Of a stretch of DNA of 64,000 bases, positions 45,892-55,738 are shown piece by piece (the first letter of the stretch is position 1; every line of letters begins with the position of its first letter). Both the position numbers and the translations under genes were made by a program. The notes under the pieces were generated by a model. That model was not told the origin of the DNA, did no database searches, and worked only from the letters and a program-made list of their open reading frames with translations. Source of the DNA: a candidate division WS1 bacterium (GTDB lineage: Bacteria > Armatimonadota > Zipacnadia > Zipacnadales > UBA5352); assembly GCA_003566775.1 (NCBI GenBank), contig PXBW01000306.1:1359-65358 (forward strand), written 5' to 3'.

Positions 45892-46818
45892 ATGAAGGTA
45901 ACCGTAGTCGGAGCCGGACATGTTGGGGCAACCACCGCTCAGCGCATCGCGGAGCGCAGTATCGCGGACGTCTATCTTGTGGACATTGTGGAGGGGCTCG
46001 CCACTGGTAAGGCTCTGGACCTTGCAGAGGCCGCGCCTCTTGTCGGCCACAGCAGCGTCATCACCGGTGGCACCGAGTATGATCCCGCAGAAGGATCGGA
46101 TGTCGTGGTAGTCACAGCAGGCGTCGCCCGCAAGCCTGGAATGTCGCGCGACGATCTACTTACTACGAACGGCAGGATAGTATCCGGCATCATCGAGGAG
46201 ATCGCAAGAGTAGCGCCGAACGCGATCATCATCATGGTCACGAATCCGCTGGATGTGACCACACACATTGCGATGGAGGTCTCCGGTCATTCTCGCGAGC
46301 GAGTCATGGGAATGGCGGGCGCGCTTGACACGGCGCGTTTCCGCGCCTTCATCGGAATGGAACTCGGCTGCTCGCCGGTGGATGTGCAGGCGATGGTGCT
46401 GGGCGGACACGGCGACTCGATGGTCCCGCTCGCAAGCTCCGCGACCGTTGGCGGCGTGCCGATCACGCAATTGATCGATCCGGAGCGCCTCGAAGAGATC
46501 GTCCAGCGTACCCGTGACGGCGGTGCGGAAATCGTCGGACTTCTGAAGACGGGGAGCGCGTTCTACGCTCCCTCAGCGGGCGTGACAGACATGGTGGCGT
46601 CGATCCTGCGCGATGAGGGCCGAATCATGCCGGCCTCGGTCTTCCTGCAGGGAGAATACGGTATCGAAGACACCTTCGTCGGGGTCCCGGTGCGTCTCGG
46701 AAGAGGCGGCGTTGAGCATATCATCGAGGTCAAGCTCGCTGAGGCTGAGCTCACCGCCCTGCATGCCTCAGCCGCTCATGTGCGTGAGACCGTGGACACG
46801 TGGGAGAGGTTGTCCTGA
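45892..46818 (+). CDS. mdh: Malate dehydrogenase (LDH-like, NAD-dependent)
   Basis: MKVTVVGAGHVGATTA, VVVTAGVARKPGMSRDDLL and IIMVTNPLD are canonical LDH/MDH-family blocks. GGGAGC RBS. Confidence 0.9.
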   Translation: MKVTVVGAGHVGATTAQRIAERSIADVYLVDIVEGLATGKALDLAEAAPLVGHSSVITGGTEYDPAEGSDVVVVTAGVARKPGMSRDDLLTTNGRIVSGIIEEIARVAPNAIIIMVTNPLDVTTHIAMEVSGHSRERVMGMAGALDTARFRAFIGMELGCSPVDVQAMVLGGHGDSMVPLASSATVGGVPITQLIDPERLEEIVQRTRDGGAEIVGLLKTGSAFYAPSAGVTDMVASILRDEGRIMPASVFLQGEYGIEDTFVGVPVRLGRGGVEHIIEVKLAEAELTALHASAAHVRETVDTWERLS

Positions 46819-47030
46819 CTGATAGCTTCCCGGCGGCTCAATGGGGACCTCGCAGAAGCGGGGATACCATAGTCCCTCTGGAGCAGGACCCGTTTCTCGG
46901 CCAGCCTGCTGAAATTACTGAGCTTCTCAGGCGCCGGGGCTATGTCTTCTGCCGACAGGATCATGATGACGGCCGGCCCCCTGCTGCGATCGCGGCTTAG
47001 GTTCAGGTCGCTATGCTGCGGCCAACTCTA

Positions 47031-48077
47031 TCAAGTTCCGAAGGCCCGGCCATCGACAAGTCTCGCCTCGTGTCGTGTGATGGCGTTGAGTGGGCGCAGT
47101 AGCTCGCGCGTCACGAACTCCAGGCGTCCTGGCTCGTCGACCTTGCGACGCGCGGCATCTGCGCGACTGTACAGCCAGCGCGCGCGCATCAGGTCAGGAA
47201 GGGCCGCAAGCTCCTCCGGTATCGGCGTTACCATCCGCGTATATCCGCCACCGAACCGGCTGACTCTCCCGACGTCGAGGTCGAACGCCTCGGTTAGTGA
47301 CCAGATGTCACCACCGATCAGGGGCGTATCCCGTCTGCCGCAGAAGAACAGCAGGCCGTCCGCGAGATCCACCATCCTCGGCTGCGCGCTTGCCCAGTCC
47401 CAGTCGAATACGCCGACAACCTCGTCGCCGTGGAACTTCAGATTCGCAGGGTGGTAGTCGGCCTGCACGATTGTCCGAGGCAGACTCCAGTACATTGCGT
47501 CACTGAGACGTTCAGCAAGCTCTGCTGCCAGTTCACTCGCCTGCGCGAGGGTATCTCGCTCCTCCGCCAGGCCTTCGCGGTCGGCTATCTCCTTGAGTTC
47601 AGCGAGCCACCTCCAGGCCTCCTGTGGATCGTGGAACCGCCCCCACTCCTTCTCGACCGGAGGTTTGAATCCCTCAGTCGAAAGATGTATGCTGCCGAGT
47701 GTCTCCCCCGCCGCTTGAAGCTGCGCGGGATCGCCGGTACGATGTTGCTCACCATCGATAAAGGTGAAGAGTTCATAGATATGCCCACCCTCGGCGATCC
47801 ACGTCTTCCCCGTATCCGTCGGTACAACCTGCGGCACCGGGATCCCATCATCCGTCAGGTGCGCGAGCAGGGCATGGTCGAAGCGCACCCAGTCCTCTCT
47901 TGCGTAACCGGGATTTCTGCGCTTAAGGAAGAGGCGCGCGCCCCCCGTATCAATGATGGCGGCCGCATTCGCGGTGCCACTTCCGGACGTCATCGCTCCT
48001 TCCTCGATCGTAATTCCCCAGTATGCCAGGACGCGGGCCGCCTCTGCGACGTCGATCCGTGTATCAGTAAGCGCCAT
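47031..48077 (-). CDS. Phosphotransferase-family (APH/ChoK-like) kinase
   Basis: Brenner-type catalytic region HPANLKFHGDEVVGVFDWDWA (H.D....N + DFD/DWD). ATG at 48077 with a GGAGG RBS. The 132-codon upstream extension of the ORF was rejected. Confidence 0.6.
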   Translation of the reverse strand: MALTDTRIDVAEAARVLAYWGITIEEGAMTSGSGTANAAAIIDTGGARLFLKRRNPGYAREDWVRFDHALLAHLTDDGIPVPQVVPTDTGKTWIAEGGHIYELFTFIDGEQHRTGDPAQLQAAGETLGSIHLSTEGFKPPVEKEWGRFHDPQEAWRWLAELKEIADREGLAEERDTLAQASELAAELAERLSDAMYWSLPRTIVQADYHPANLKFHGDEVVGVFDWDWASAQPRMVDLADGLLFFCGRRDTPLIGGDIWSLTEAFDLDVGRVSRFGGGYTRMVTPIPEELAALPDLMRARWLYSRADAARRKVDEPGRLEFVTRELLRPLNAITRHEARLVDGRAFGT

Positions 48078-48251
48078 CCAATATCCTCCACATGGTTTCA
48101 GATGCTGTGCCTTGCGGCGCTTCTTTCTATGCAACTGCAATGCAGACCTTCTGCGGGAATCGTGGGTAGATGGCCAGTCGGGGGAGGTGCTGAAGCCCGT
48201 CACGTCGAAGCATTCAGTGGTTGGAAACACGAATTCAGGGAGGTAACACCT

Positions 48252-48440
48252 GTGAAGAAGCCTGTTGCTGATGAAGACCTTTGCACCGGTTGCGGACTCT
48301 GCCCCGATCTTGCACCGGGAACCTTCGAGATGAACGATGACAACATCGCCGTGATCATCGACCCGCAGGGTGATGACGAGGACGCAATCCAGGACGCAAT
48401 CGACTCCTGTCCGGTCGAGGCTATCGCCTGGGAGGAATAG
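48252..48440 (+). CDS. Small single-cluster [4Fe-4S]/[3Fe-4S] ferredoxin
   Basis: VKKPVADEDLCTGCGLCPDLAP...SCPVEAI (CxxCxxC...CP). GTG start with a GGGAGG RBS. This is the 3' end of an otherwise spurious 336-aa ORF. Confidence 0.6.
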   Translation: MKKPVADEDLCTGCGLCPDLAPGTFEMNDDNIAVIIDPQGDDEDAIQDAIDSCPVEAIAWEE

Positions 48441-48591
48441 GCAGTCGGCTGCAAACGCGCACGGGGCAGCCATCAGGCTGCCCCAACCTATGTACGAGTA
48501 GTGAGAGGAACAGCAAGCTGCGAGGCGAATACTGAAAGTACGATCAACCGCCGGGAGGACCTCTCATGGTGCCTGACAGGAGACATAGCAG

Positions 48592-49305
48592 ATGAAGGAG
48601 GCAACGGCATCTGGCGGAGGGAACTCAGACTCATGGTCCCAGGTAGGCGCACATCCCGGGATAAGAGATCCCCGCAGCGCACGCCCCGATGACTGGCCCC
48701 CGCCGGTAAACGCACTCATCATCGCTACCTGTGCTCTTGTCACCATAGTCGCTCTCGCCGCCGCATGGACGGCTCCACCGATCGAGGAGATCGAGCAGTG
48801 GCGGCGCTGGACCACCGAAGACGGCGCGTGGAGCTTTGAGTACCCCTCGGGCTGGAGCGTTCAGGAGTTTCCCGGACCAGGTGGGCGCACTCAACTGATG
48901 GTATTACGCTCCCGCTGGGTGCGCATTCATCTAATCGCCGATCCGGACATCGCACGGCTGACCCGGAACCACCGCGGCTATCGCTCGAGAGCGGGATCGG
49001 AGTACACTGCGGTCGAGCGCGCTCACGCACAGACCGCCGCGATCTGGGACATCCTGCTCGGTGAGATCGATGACGGCAGGCCCGGACGTACGACGATCGG
49101 CAATCACAGGGCCGTCTGGTCGGAATTCCGCTACCGCGGCGGACATCTGGAAGCGGGCGAGCCTATGAGCGGCTACCGCGCAACCGTAGTGGGCGATCGA
49201 AGCAGTGTCATAGTCGGTGCCGTCGCGCCGACTCGTTTCTGGCGACGCTTTCGGCCCATAGCCCTGCGCATGCTGCGCAGCATCACTCCCGGTGGGGGTA
49301 CGTAG
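48592..49305 (+). CDS. Hypothetical membrane-anchored protein
   Basis: Single N-terminal TM (ALIIATCALVTIVALAAAW). No recognised domain. Start uncertain. Confidence 0.35.
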   Translation: MKEATASGGGNSDSWSQVGAHPGIRDPRSARPDDWPPPVNALIIATCALVTIVALAAAWTAPPIEEIEQWRRWTTEDGAWSFEYPSGWSVQEFPGPGGRTQLMVLRSRWVRIHLIADPDIARLTRNHRGYRSRAGSEYTAVERAHAQTAAIWDILLGEIDDGRPGRTTIGNHRAVWSEFRYRGGHLEAGEPMSGYRATVVGDRSSVIVGAVAPTRFWRRFRPIALRMLRSITPGGGT

Positions 49306-49317
49306 CCACCTGGCCGG

Positions 49318-50316
49318 TCATTCAGATGCTGCGTCGCCCCGTGAATGCCGCTCCCTCAGCACGATCACTATCAGCGCCAATGCGAAGAGCAACACAGAGG
49401 CCGCCTGTCCAATGGTGAACACCGGCATGATCTGCAATACCTCTGCCGTGGCTTCCCGCCGGAATGCCTCTACCACGTAGCGCAGAACGGAATAGAGCGC
49501 AACGAAACCGAGAAAGCGGTTGAACGGCTTCTTCAGATAGGGTGTCAGCAGGAGCAGGAGAGGCAATACAAAGACCAACGCTCCCGCTGCGGCGTAGAAC
49601 TGCGTCGGATGGACAGAACTCTCGGGCATTCTGCCTCCGACCTGGGGGAATGTCACCGCCCACGGGTGAGTGGAGGGGATTCCGTAGCAGCAACCATTGA
49701 GATAGCATCCCACCCGTGCGACGGCGTAACCCACTGCCAGACCCGGAGCCGCGAGGTCGAAGCAGCGAGCGAAGCTAACCCCGATCAGAGGAGCAGCGAT
49801 GGCGATCGTGAGCAATCCCCCTGCGAGCCCTCCATGCCAGGACATTCCGCCCTGCCAGAGGTCCATGACGGCAGGCACTTCGGCTGCGTAGTCACTCCAG
49901 TTGAGCGCGACGAACCCAAGGCGCCCTCCGAGTATTCCACCCGCGAATCCCAATAGAGCGACCTGAAGCACCTGCAGGCGAGTGAAGTCATAGCGGTCAC
50001 GGTCGAGGTACATACATGTGAGGGCCGCCGCGAACGCGCCGAGCATCATCACCCCGTAGGATCTCACCTGGAGTGGGCCGATTCGGTTCACCAGCAGATA
50101 GACGATAATTGTTGGGATCGCCGCCTGCACCAGTATCTCAACTGCCAGCTTCCATCGTGAGGACCGGCGTCTTTCTTTGCTACGGCGCTCCAGCCAGGTC
50201 CAGACAGCGACAATTGCAAGGAAAACGAAGAATATCAATGGTAGATGAATCGGCCGCCAGGGCCCAAACCTGAGCAGCGTCGGATGCAAAGCGCGCTCAC
50301 ACTCCTCTACTATCAC
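49318..50316 (-). CDS. lgt: Prolipoprotein diacylglyceryl transferase
   Basis: LWQGGMSWHGGLAGGLL and RVGCYLNGCCYG...HPWAVTFPQ match Lgt signature regions (E. coli WEGGMSFHGGLIG; RIGNFINGELWGR...PWAMVFP). Extra N-terminal TM extension. Confidence 0.8.
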   Translation of the reverse strand: MIVEECERALHPTLLRFGPWRPIHLPLIFFVFLAIVAVWTWLERRSKERRRSSRWKLAVEILVQAAIPTIIVYLLVNRIGPLQVRSYGVMMLGAFAAALTCMYLDRDRYDFTRLQVLQVALLGFAGGILGGRLGFVALNWSDYAAEVPAVMDLWQGGMSWHGGLAGGLLTIAIAAPLIGVSFARCFDLAAPGLAVGYAVARVGCYLNGCCYGIPSTHPWAVTFPQVGGRMPESSVHPTQFYAAAGALVFVLPLLLLLTPYLKKPFNRFLGFVALYSVLRYVVEAFRREATAEVLQIMPVFTIGQAASVLLFALALIVIVLRERHSRGDAASE

Positions 50317-50548
50317 TCACAACGGGATCTCGCACAGGATCATTCACACATGAAAGCGAACCCTGCGGCTGGTTGAAGACTTCGCGGATCTGCCTGCGGT
50401 CTGAACGGCCACTGGACTCTTTTCTCACTTGATGCGCTCATGTGAGAGGGCCGTCTTAGCAACGACGGCCCTCGTAGGTAGATCTTCAAACAGACTGTTC
50501 CGACGCGTCGGTCGTTTGGTTTGTGGTGAGTACCGGCATTCTGACAGC

Positions 50549-50800
50549 TCAGTCAACCGCCCTTACGTCACTTACCTCCGGGACCTCCTGCCGCAGCACG
50601 CGTCCTATGCCCATGGTGAGTGTCATCTGCGACATCGGGCAGCCCCTGCATGCGCCCTGAAGACGAACCTCAACCACGTTGTCTTCGGTAATATCCACCA
50701 GCTCAACTCCACCACCATCTGCTTCAAGCGATGGCCGGACCTTCTCCAGCGCCGCCTCGACCTGCTCGCGTAACTCTTCGATATTCCTGTCCTCAGTCAT
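50549..50800 (-). CDS. NifU-like (Nfu) Fe-S cluster scaffold/carrier domain protein
   Basis: ADGGGVELVDI...ACRGCPMSQMTL is the Nfu C-terminal domain signature. Confidence 0.8.
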   Translation of the reverse strand: MTEDRNIEELREQVEAALEKVRPSLEADGGGVELVDITEDNVVEVRLQGACRGCPMSQMTLTMGIGRVLRQEVPEVSDVRAVD

Positions 50801-51656
50801 TGTCAGCCTCCTCGACTATTGTCTCCGTCGCATCGTCGTCCGAATCTATCTCTTGCGAGGTGAGTCCGCTGATTCTCCAGCCTCCGGGCTCCCGCGCGAA
50901 CTCGAAATGATGCATCTCCATCTCCCCGTCGGCATATCCGACAATGACTTCCGCCCAGCCGGTCTCGCCGCCGGCTTTCACATGGCCATCGAGTATTCTG
51001 ATACCGGAAACCGGCCGCTGGCGCTGTCGGCGCTGAATCACCCTGAACGCATCTTCACCCAGTTCGTCTTTGAGTTGCTGCTGCTTCTCCTCGCAGAACA
51101 GATCAAAATAGGCCGGACTGGTGACTTCAGCCTCTTCATCCGGAGGGAGCAGATCGTACCAGCGTTCGATGACCCGCCATATCTTCCCGAGGTGAGCGTC
51201 GGGATGAGGCGGGATCGCCAGAACTGTCTCACGTCCCTCCTGTGGCAGACTGAGCCGCATCTTCCGTCCATCCGACTCGACCCAGACACCGAAGCTCTCC
51301 GCGACGAATCGCAGTGGAACGAATGCCCTGCCGTTGATCAACTGGGGCGCTACGTGGAGCCGATAGTCTGCCTCCACAATCCTTGCATTCGTGCTGCCGA
51401 TCCAGAGCTCAACCTGAGGTGTCGTGGCGGCCTCAGATCGATAGGCACGAATGTGTCCGTCCTCGTAGCTCACCCTCGCGCCTAACCACTCGAAGATCGG
51501 ACGCAGCGGAACCAGCGCTCGCCCTTCCAGCGTCACCGGCTGGACGTCAAACAGAAGCTCTCGCGCTGCATATGCTTCGGACCTCAGCCCGAGCGTCAAC
51601 GCGATTATCAGCACCGCCACGACGCAGCCCCTGAGTCTGTTCATCGTCTTGTTCAC
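50793..51656 (-). CDS. Secreted protein with copper-amine-oxidase N-terminal-like (stalk) domains
   Basis: Signal peptide. Two blocks of type PV..EGR.LVPLR.I.E.LGA.V (Cu_amine_oxidN1-like). Overlaps nfu by 8 nt. Confidence 0.55.
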   Translation of the reverse strand: MNKTMNRLRGCVVAVLIIALTLGLRSEAYAARELLFDVQPVTLEGRALVPLRPIFEWLGARVSYEDGHIRAYRSEAATTPQVELWIGSTNARIVEADYRLHVAPQLINGRAFVPLRFVAESFGVWVESDGRKMRLSLPQEGRETVLAIPPHPDAHLGKIWRVIERWYDLLPPDEEAEVTSPAYFDLFCEEKQQQLKDELGEDAFRVIQRRQRQRPVSGIRILDGHVKAGGETGWAEVIVGYADGEMEMHHFEFAREPGGWRISGLTSQEIDSDDDATETIVEEADND

Positions 51657-51695
51657 TCCCGTAACGCCTTATCCTGTCCCTGCATGGGCCGTGTA

Positions 51696-52667
51696 TCAGA
51701 GTGCGATCTGCGTGGATAGCTCATGCCAACGGTCCCCCTCGCGTTCAGCGAGGAAGTCGATCGTCCCGTGAAAACCGCGCAGGCCGGTAGTGGTTCCGGC
51801 TGCAGTTACACACAGGGCGCCAACAGCATTTGCCATGCGCGCAACGTCTTCGAGGTCCCAGCCCGCCAGTGTCCCAAGTAGAAAGCCCGCCACGAACGCA
51901 TCACCTGATCCGGTACCGTCAACAACTTCGACCTCGTACGCCGGGACACGTATCTCCCGCTCAGCGTTGCGTACGTAGCAGCCCTCTTCGCCGAGTTTGA
52001 TCCCGACGGTCTTCACTCCGTGATCCATCAGTACCTCGGCGGCTTCCTCGGGGGTCTGCCGACCGGTGATCTCCACCGCCTCGGGGAAACTCGGCAGGAA
52101 GATGTCCGTGTGCGGCAGAACCGGTGCAAGTAACTCCATCCAGCGTCCCGTATCGTCCCAGACGACGTCAAGCGCAGTCCTGGTTCCCGCTTCCTGCGCG
52201 GCCTTCATGACACTTGCTGCTGGCTCTCCGTCGAAGCCGGGCATAACCAGGGCGCCCGCGAAATGCAGTATCTGCGCGTCGCCCACAAGCTTCATGTCGA
52301 TGTCCTCAGGCTGCATCGTCGCGTTGGCACCGATACAGTGCAGGAAGGTGCGCTCCCCCGCACCGTCGATCATTATCATCGTCGCGGAGGTGTTGGTCTC
52401 GTCTGTCACCTTTATTCCGCTCGTGTCGATGCCCTCCTCGGCCATCGACTCGCGGATGAAACGTCCGAACCCGTCATTGCCGATCTTTCCAACAATCGCG
52501 GTGTCCACCTCAAGCTTTGCCAGCCCGAGACCGGTGTTGGCAGCACAGCCGCCGATTCCCATTCCCATGTCATCGACGAGCATCAGACGACCGTGTTCAG
52601 GCTGATCATCGATCGGCCGCCCCCAGACATCCGCAACAACGATCCCCACGCACACGACCTGGCTCAT
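51696..52667 (-). CDS. PfkB-family carbohydrate kinase (ribokinase/KDG-kinase-like)
   Basis: N-terminal VVCVGIVVADV and C-terminal DGTGSGDAFVAGFL (the PfkB signature). Confidence 0.8.
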   Translation of the reverse strand: MSQVVCVGIVVADVWGRPIDDQPEHGRLMLVDDMGMGIGGCAANTGLGLAKLEVDTAIVGKIGNDGFGRFIRESMAEEGIDTSGIKVTDETNTSATMIMIDGAGERTFLHCIGANATMQPEDIDMKLVGDAQILHFAGALVMPGFDGEPAASVMKAAQEAGTRTALDVVWDDTGRWMELLAPVLPHTDIFLPSFPEAVEITGRQTPEEAAEVLMDHGVKTVGIKLGEEGCYVRNAEREIRVPAYEVEVVDGTGSGDAFVAGFLLGTLAGWDLEDVARMANAVGALCVTAAGTTTGLRGFHGTIDFLAEREGDRWHELSTQIAL

Positions 52668-52795
52668 ACATTACACCCTCCATCTGTGTACTCTCATATT
52701 GTACTATTCGCCGGATGCAGGGAGCCGACCTTCATATTGGGTCGAAGCAGATCATCCAATCAGGCCGGTCGCCACGTTCGACTCCAGGGGACACT

Positions 52796-53869
52796 TCACG
52801 CGACCGCCATGCGCCTGCTCACATCCACCATGCGGAGAAAGTTCTCCGCCCCGCGCTCGGTGAAGGTACCCGAGGTCGTGCCACCGAGCAGGTACCCATC
52901 CGGACCGGCCGCCTCGATGCACTCCGCCGCAAGCCGCTCGATCTCCTCACCTTCCACCTTCTCAATGACCTCCATGTCATCGAGGTTGCCAAGCAGGCAG
53001 ACGCGGTCGCCGATTCGCTGTTTGCACTCCGCAAGAGTTGTATCACCCCATGGCGGTCCCTCCAGCGGGTCGAGCGAGTCCACACCGATCTCTGCTATCA
53101 TCTCGAGGTAGCGATCCATCGGACCGTGGTTGTGGTAGTGTGCCAGCGCGCCGTTGCGGTGCATCAGGTCAACCAGCGGACGGTCGAAGCGGAGCATCGT
53201 CTTGCGAAAGCCCTCTGGACCCAGTTGTGTGGAGGCAAACTCGCCGCCAATGATCCGAAAGCAGTCAACGCCCTGTCGGCAGCACTCTTCCACCCACCGG
53301 CGACAGCGCTCTGCCGCCACCTCGCAGAGCCGCATGAACACCTCCTGTTCATCTATCCACAGAAGTGAGTAATCCCGCGGCGATAGGAAGCGAGCCGGTA
53401 TCCCACCGGGGTTCGTCATGCCCACGCCCACGAGGCCCTCCTCGCCGATCTCATCCCTCCGCTCGATGAATGGCGTCACGTCCACCTCAGGGGGATCCCA
53501 TGGAATCGCCAGCAGATTCTGCACATCCTCGGCGTTCTTGCAGAAGAACTCCACCTGAGCGGAGGTCTTTTCGGTACTCTGACTACGCGCCACCAGTTCG
53601 CCGGCAGGAGTCTCGATGGCAGAGTAAACCCGTCCATCGTGCTTCTCGCTGCGTGTCATTGCAGCGGCGCCAAGGAACCAGTCACCACCGCCGACACTCG
53701 CGCCGATGAACGGATCGCATTCGCGCAGAAGGCGCCTGCCCATCTCACCGGCCTCAGGCACGCGTCCGAAGCCGTAGGGCGTGACCGGCACTCGATCAGG
53801 CTTTCCGAGTTCCATGGCACAGAGTATGCGTTCTCGCGACGTCATATCTCTATCTTCACCATCTCTCAC
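52796..53869 (-). CDS. Uroporphyrinogen decarboxylase (URO-D) family protein (likely methyltransferase-associated MtaA/CmuA-like rather than heme HemE)
   Basis: MTSRERILCAMELGKPDRVPV N-terminus typical of the URO-D superfamily. No other tetrapyrrole genes nearby. Confidence 0.6.
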   Translation of the reverse strand: MRDGEDRDMTSRERILCAMELGKPDRVPVTPYGFGRVPEAGEMGRRLLRECDPFIGASVGGGDWFLGAAAMTRSEKHDGRVYSAIETPAGELVARSQSTEKTSAQVEFFCKNAEDVQNLLAIPWDPPEVDVTPFIERRDEIGEEGLVGVGMTNPGGIPARFLSPRDYSLLWIDEQEVFMRLCEVAAERCRRWVEECCRQGVDCFRIIGGEFASTQLGPEGFRKTMLRFDRPLVDLMHRNGALAHYHNHGPMDRYLEMIAEIGVDSLDPLEGPPWGDTTLAECKQRIGDRVCLLGNLDDMEVIEKVEGEEIERLAAECIEAAGPDGYLLGGTTSGTFTERGAENFLRMVDVSRRMAVA

Positions 53870-53878
53870 AGGAGGCCT

Positions 53879-54583
53879 TCACCGCTGAGGTGACCAAAGA
53901 CAGTCCGGATCCATTGTGGCCTCAGGTTTGAGCCAGCGCGTGTGTCCGTCGGCAAACGTGTAGTTCGCACCGCCACCGTGTCGGTAGATCGCCACTCGCT
54001 CCTGCCAGCCGGGAGCCCTGCGCACCCCGTGGGTTGCGAAACGTTCCCCGTTAAGCTCACACAGCAGAATGGTGCGAGTGGGATCTTCGATCATTCCCAT
54101 CGTAAGTGATGATCCCATGTATCCACCAACCTGGGCAAGATCAAGATTCATTCCGTAGCCATGGGGCAGGCAGAGCGCCCCGTGCACCTGTCGCGGATGC
54201 TCATCTCCGGGGCACAACACCAGCTTCTCATTCCTGATGTACGGTTGTATCGTGATGTCCCAGCAGATCCCCGCAACCATTGGATGAGGTAGCATTGCGG
54301 GTACGATTCGATCATCGTAGTCGTCACTGTAAAGGCGCATCCCCATTCCAAGGTTACGCATGTTGCTCAGACATGACGTGCTCTGAGCTTTGGCGAGCAC
54401 CACCTCGAAGACGGGGAAGATCATCGCAGCGAGAACAAGGATGATCGCGATGACCACCAGCATCTCCACGAGAGTAAAGCCTGTGCGCGGTTTCCCTCCG
54501 CGGGTCCTAATAGGACCCAACTCACGACGGGCGTCACCCGACAAGGTATCGTTCCCCCGAACGCTTTCAGGCGTCAACGACAT
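53879..54583 (-). CDS. Prepilin-type N-terminal cleavage/methylation domain protein, DUF1559 family
   Basis: GFTLVEMLVVIAIILVLAAMIFPVF and C-terminal NYTFADGHTRWL. The start was chosen at 54583 to avoid overlap with the divergent ABC gene; the ORF extends to 54811. Confidence 0.65.
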   Translation of the reverse strand: MSLTPESVRGNDTLSGDARRELGPIRTRGGKPRTGFTLVEMLVVIAIILVLAAMIFPVFEVVLAKAQSTSCLSNMRNLGMGMRLYSDDYDDRIVPAMLPHPMVAGICWDITIQPYIRNEKLVLCPGDEHPRQVHGALCLPHGYGMNLDLAQVGGYMGSSLTMGMIEDPTRTILLCELNGERFATHGVRRAPGWQERVAIYRHGGGANYTFADGHTRWLKPEATMDPDCLWSPQR

Positions 54584-54751
54584 GCCCGGTCGACTTCTCC
54601 GACTGCATCCAACAATCCTCCGCCCGAACATCTTCTTCGACAACTTGATTGCGAATCGGTTATCTCGGGAACATTTCGATGCGTCCTCTGCGTTGCACAA
54701 TATGAAGTGGCGTTTAGAAGTCGTGCCATGTGGCACGTCTATCAGTAATCG

Positions 54752-55738
54752 ATGTTTGTTTCGCACACTCGGGAGGTGGCGAACATAGCCCTTGCCATCC
54801 GGACTGAGCATCTGACGAAAATATACGACGTGGGCTGGGGGCGCCAGAATGTAGGAATAGATAATCTGACCCTCGAAGTTGAAGAGGGTCAGATCTTCGG
54901 CCTCGTCGGCCCCAACGGTTCAGGGAAGACAACAACGCTCAAGCTGCTGCTTGGTCTGATCTTCCCCACCTCCGGCAATGCCGAAGTTCTCGGCATGTCG
55001 CTCGATAGTGCCGCGTACAAGTCACGCATCGGATATCTGCCGGAAGGACCGTACTTCTACGAGCACCTCAACGCTCCGGAGCTCCTGCGCATGTACGGCA
55101 GTCTCTTTGGCCTCAGGGGCCCGGATTTCGAGAAACGCATCCAGGAGTTGCTTGAGCTTGTCGACATGTGGGATCGCCGCGAGTATCGCGTTGCGAACTA
55201 CTCGCGAGGAATGCGGCAGCGGGTGGGGGTGGCTCAAGCGCTGATCAACGAGCCCGACCTGCTGTTCTTCGATGAGCCAACCGCGGGGCTCGACCCGATC
55301 GGCGCCAAGCATATTCGCGAGGTCATTCTCGAGCTACGTGAGCGAGGCAAGACCGTCTTCCTGTGCTCTCACCTGCTCAAAGAGATGGAGCCGATCTGTG
55401 ATAATATTGCGATTCTCGAACGCGGCAAACTCATTACTCGCGGCTCGGTGGACGAATTGCTTGCCGGTGACGTAACACAGTACCGTGTTGAGGCTCGCGA
55501 CCTTGACGATGAGATAATCGAACAGCTTGGGGATGGGGTCGCTGAGATCATCCGGCTTGACGATTCCTGCCGCATACTGTTTGACAGCCGCGAGGATGCG
55601 TTCGAAGCAGCCACAAGACTCGAGGACGCGGGTGCTTACCTGATGACGGTCGGCCCCGACCGCAGGACCCTCGAGGAAGTGTTCATCGATGCTGTGGGAG
55701 AGGAGCCCAAAGATGCGAGCAGTGTACAGGGTAGCTAA
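54752..55738 (+). CDS. ABC transporter ATP-binding protein (ABC-2 exporter type)
   Basis: Walker A GPNGSGKTT, Q-loop, signature YSRGMRQRV, Walker B LLFFDEPTAGLD and H-loop. Confidence 0.85.
   Translation: MFVSHTREVANIALAIRTEHLTKIYDVGWGRQNVGIDNLTLEVEEGQIFGLVGPNGSGKTTTLKLLLGLIFPTSGNAEVLGMSLDSAAYKSRIGYLPEGPYFYEHLNAPELLRMYGSLFGLRGPDFEKRIQELLELVDMWDRREYRVANYSRGMRQRVGVAQALINEPDLLFFDEPTAGLDPIGAKHIREVILELRERGKTVFLCSHLLKEMEPICDNIAILERGKLITRGSVDELLAGDVTQYRVEARDLDDEIIEQLGDGVAEIIRLDDSCRILFDSREDAFEAATRLEDAGAYLMTVGPDRRTLEEVFIDAVGEEPKDASSVQGS

Noticed and set aside
47430-48251. First 274 codons of the 336-aa plus-strand ORF
   Set aside because: This part is antisense to the APH-like kinase (Brenner motif on the minus strand). 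Only the terminal 62 codons (the ferredoxin) are real.
50679-51485. 268-aa plus-strand ORF
   Set aside because: Antisense to the Cu-amine-oxidase-N-like secreted protein gene.
52263-53368. 282-aa and 283-aa plus-strand ORFs
   Set aside because: Antisense to the PfkB kinase and URO-D family genes.
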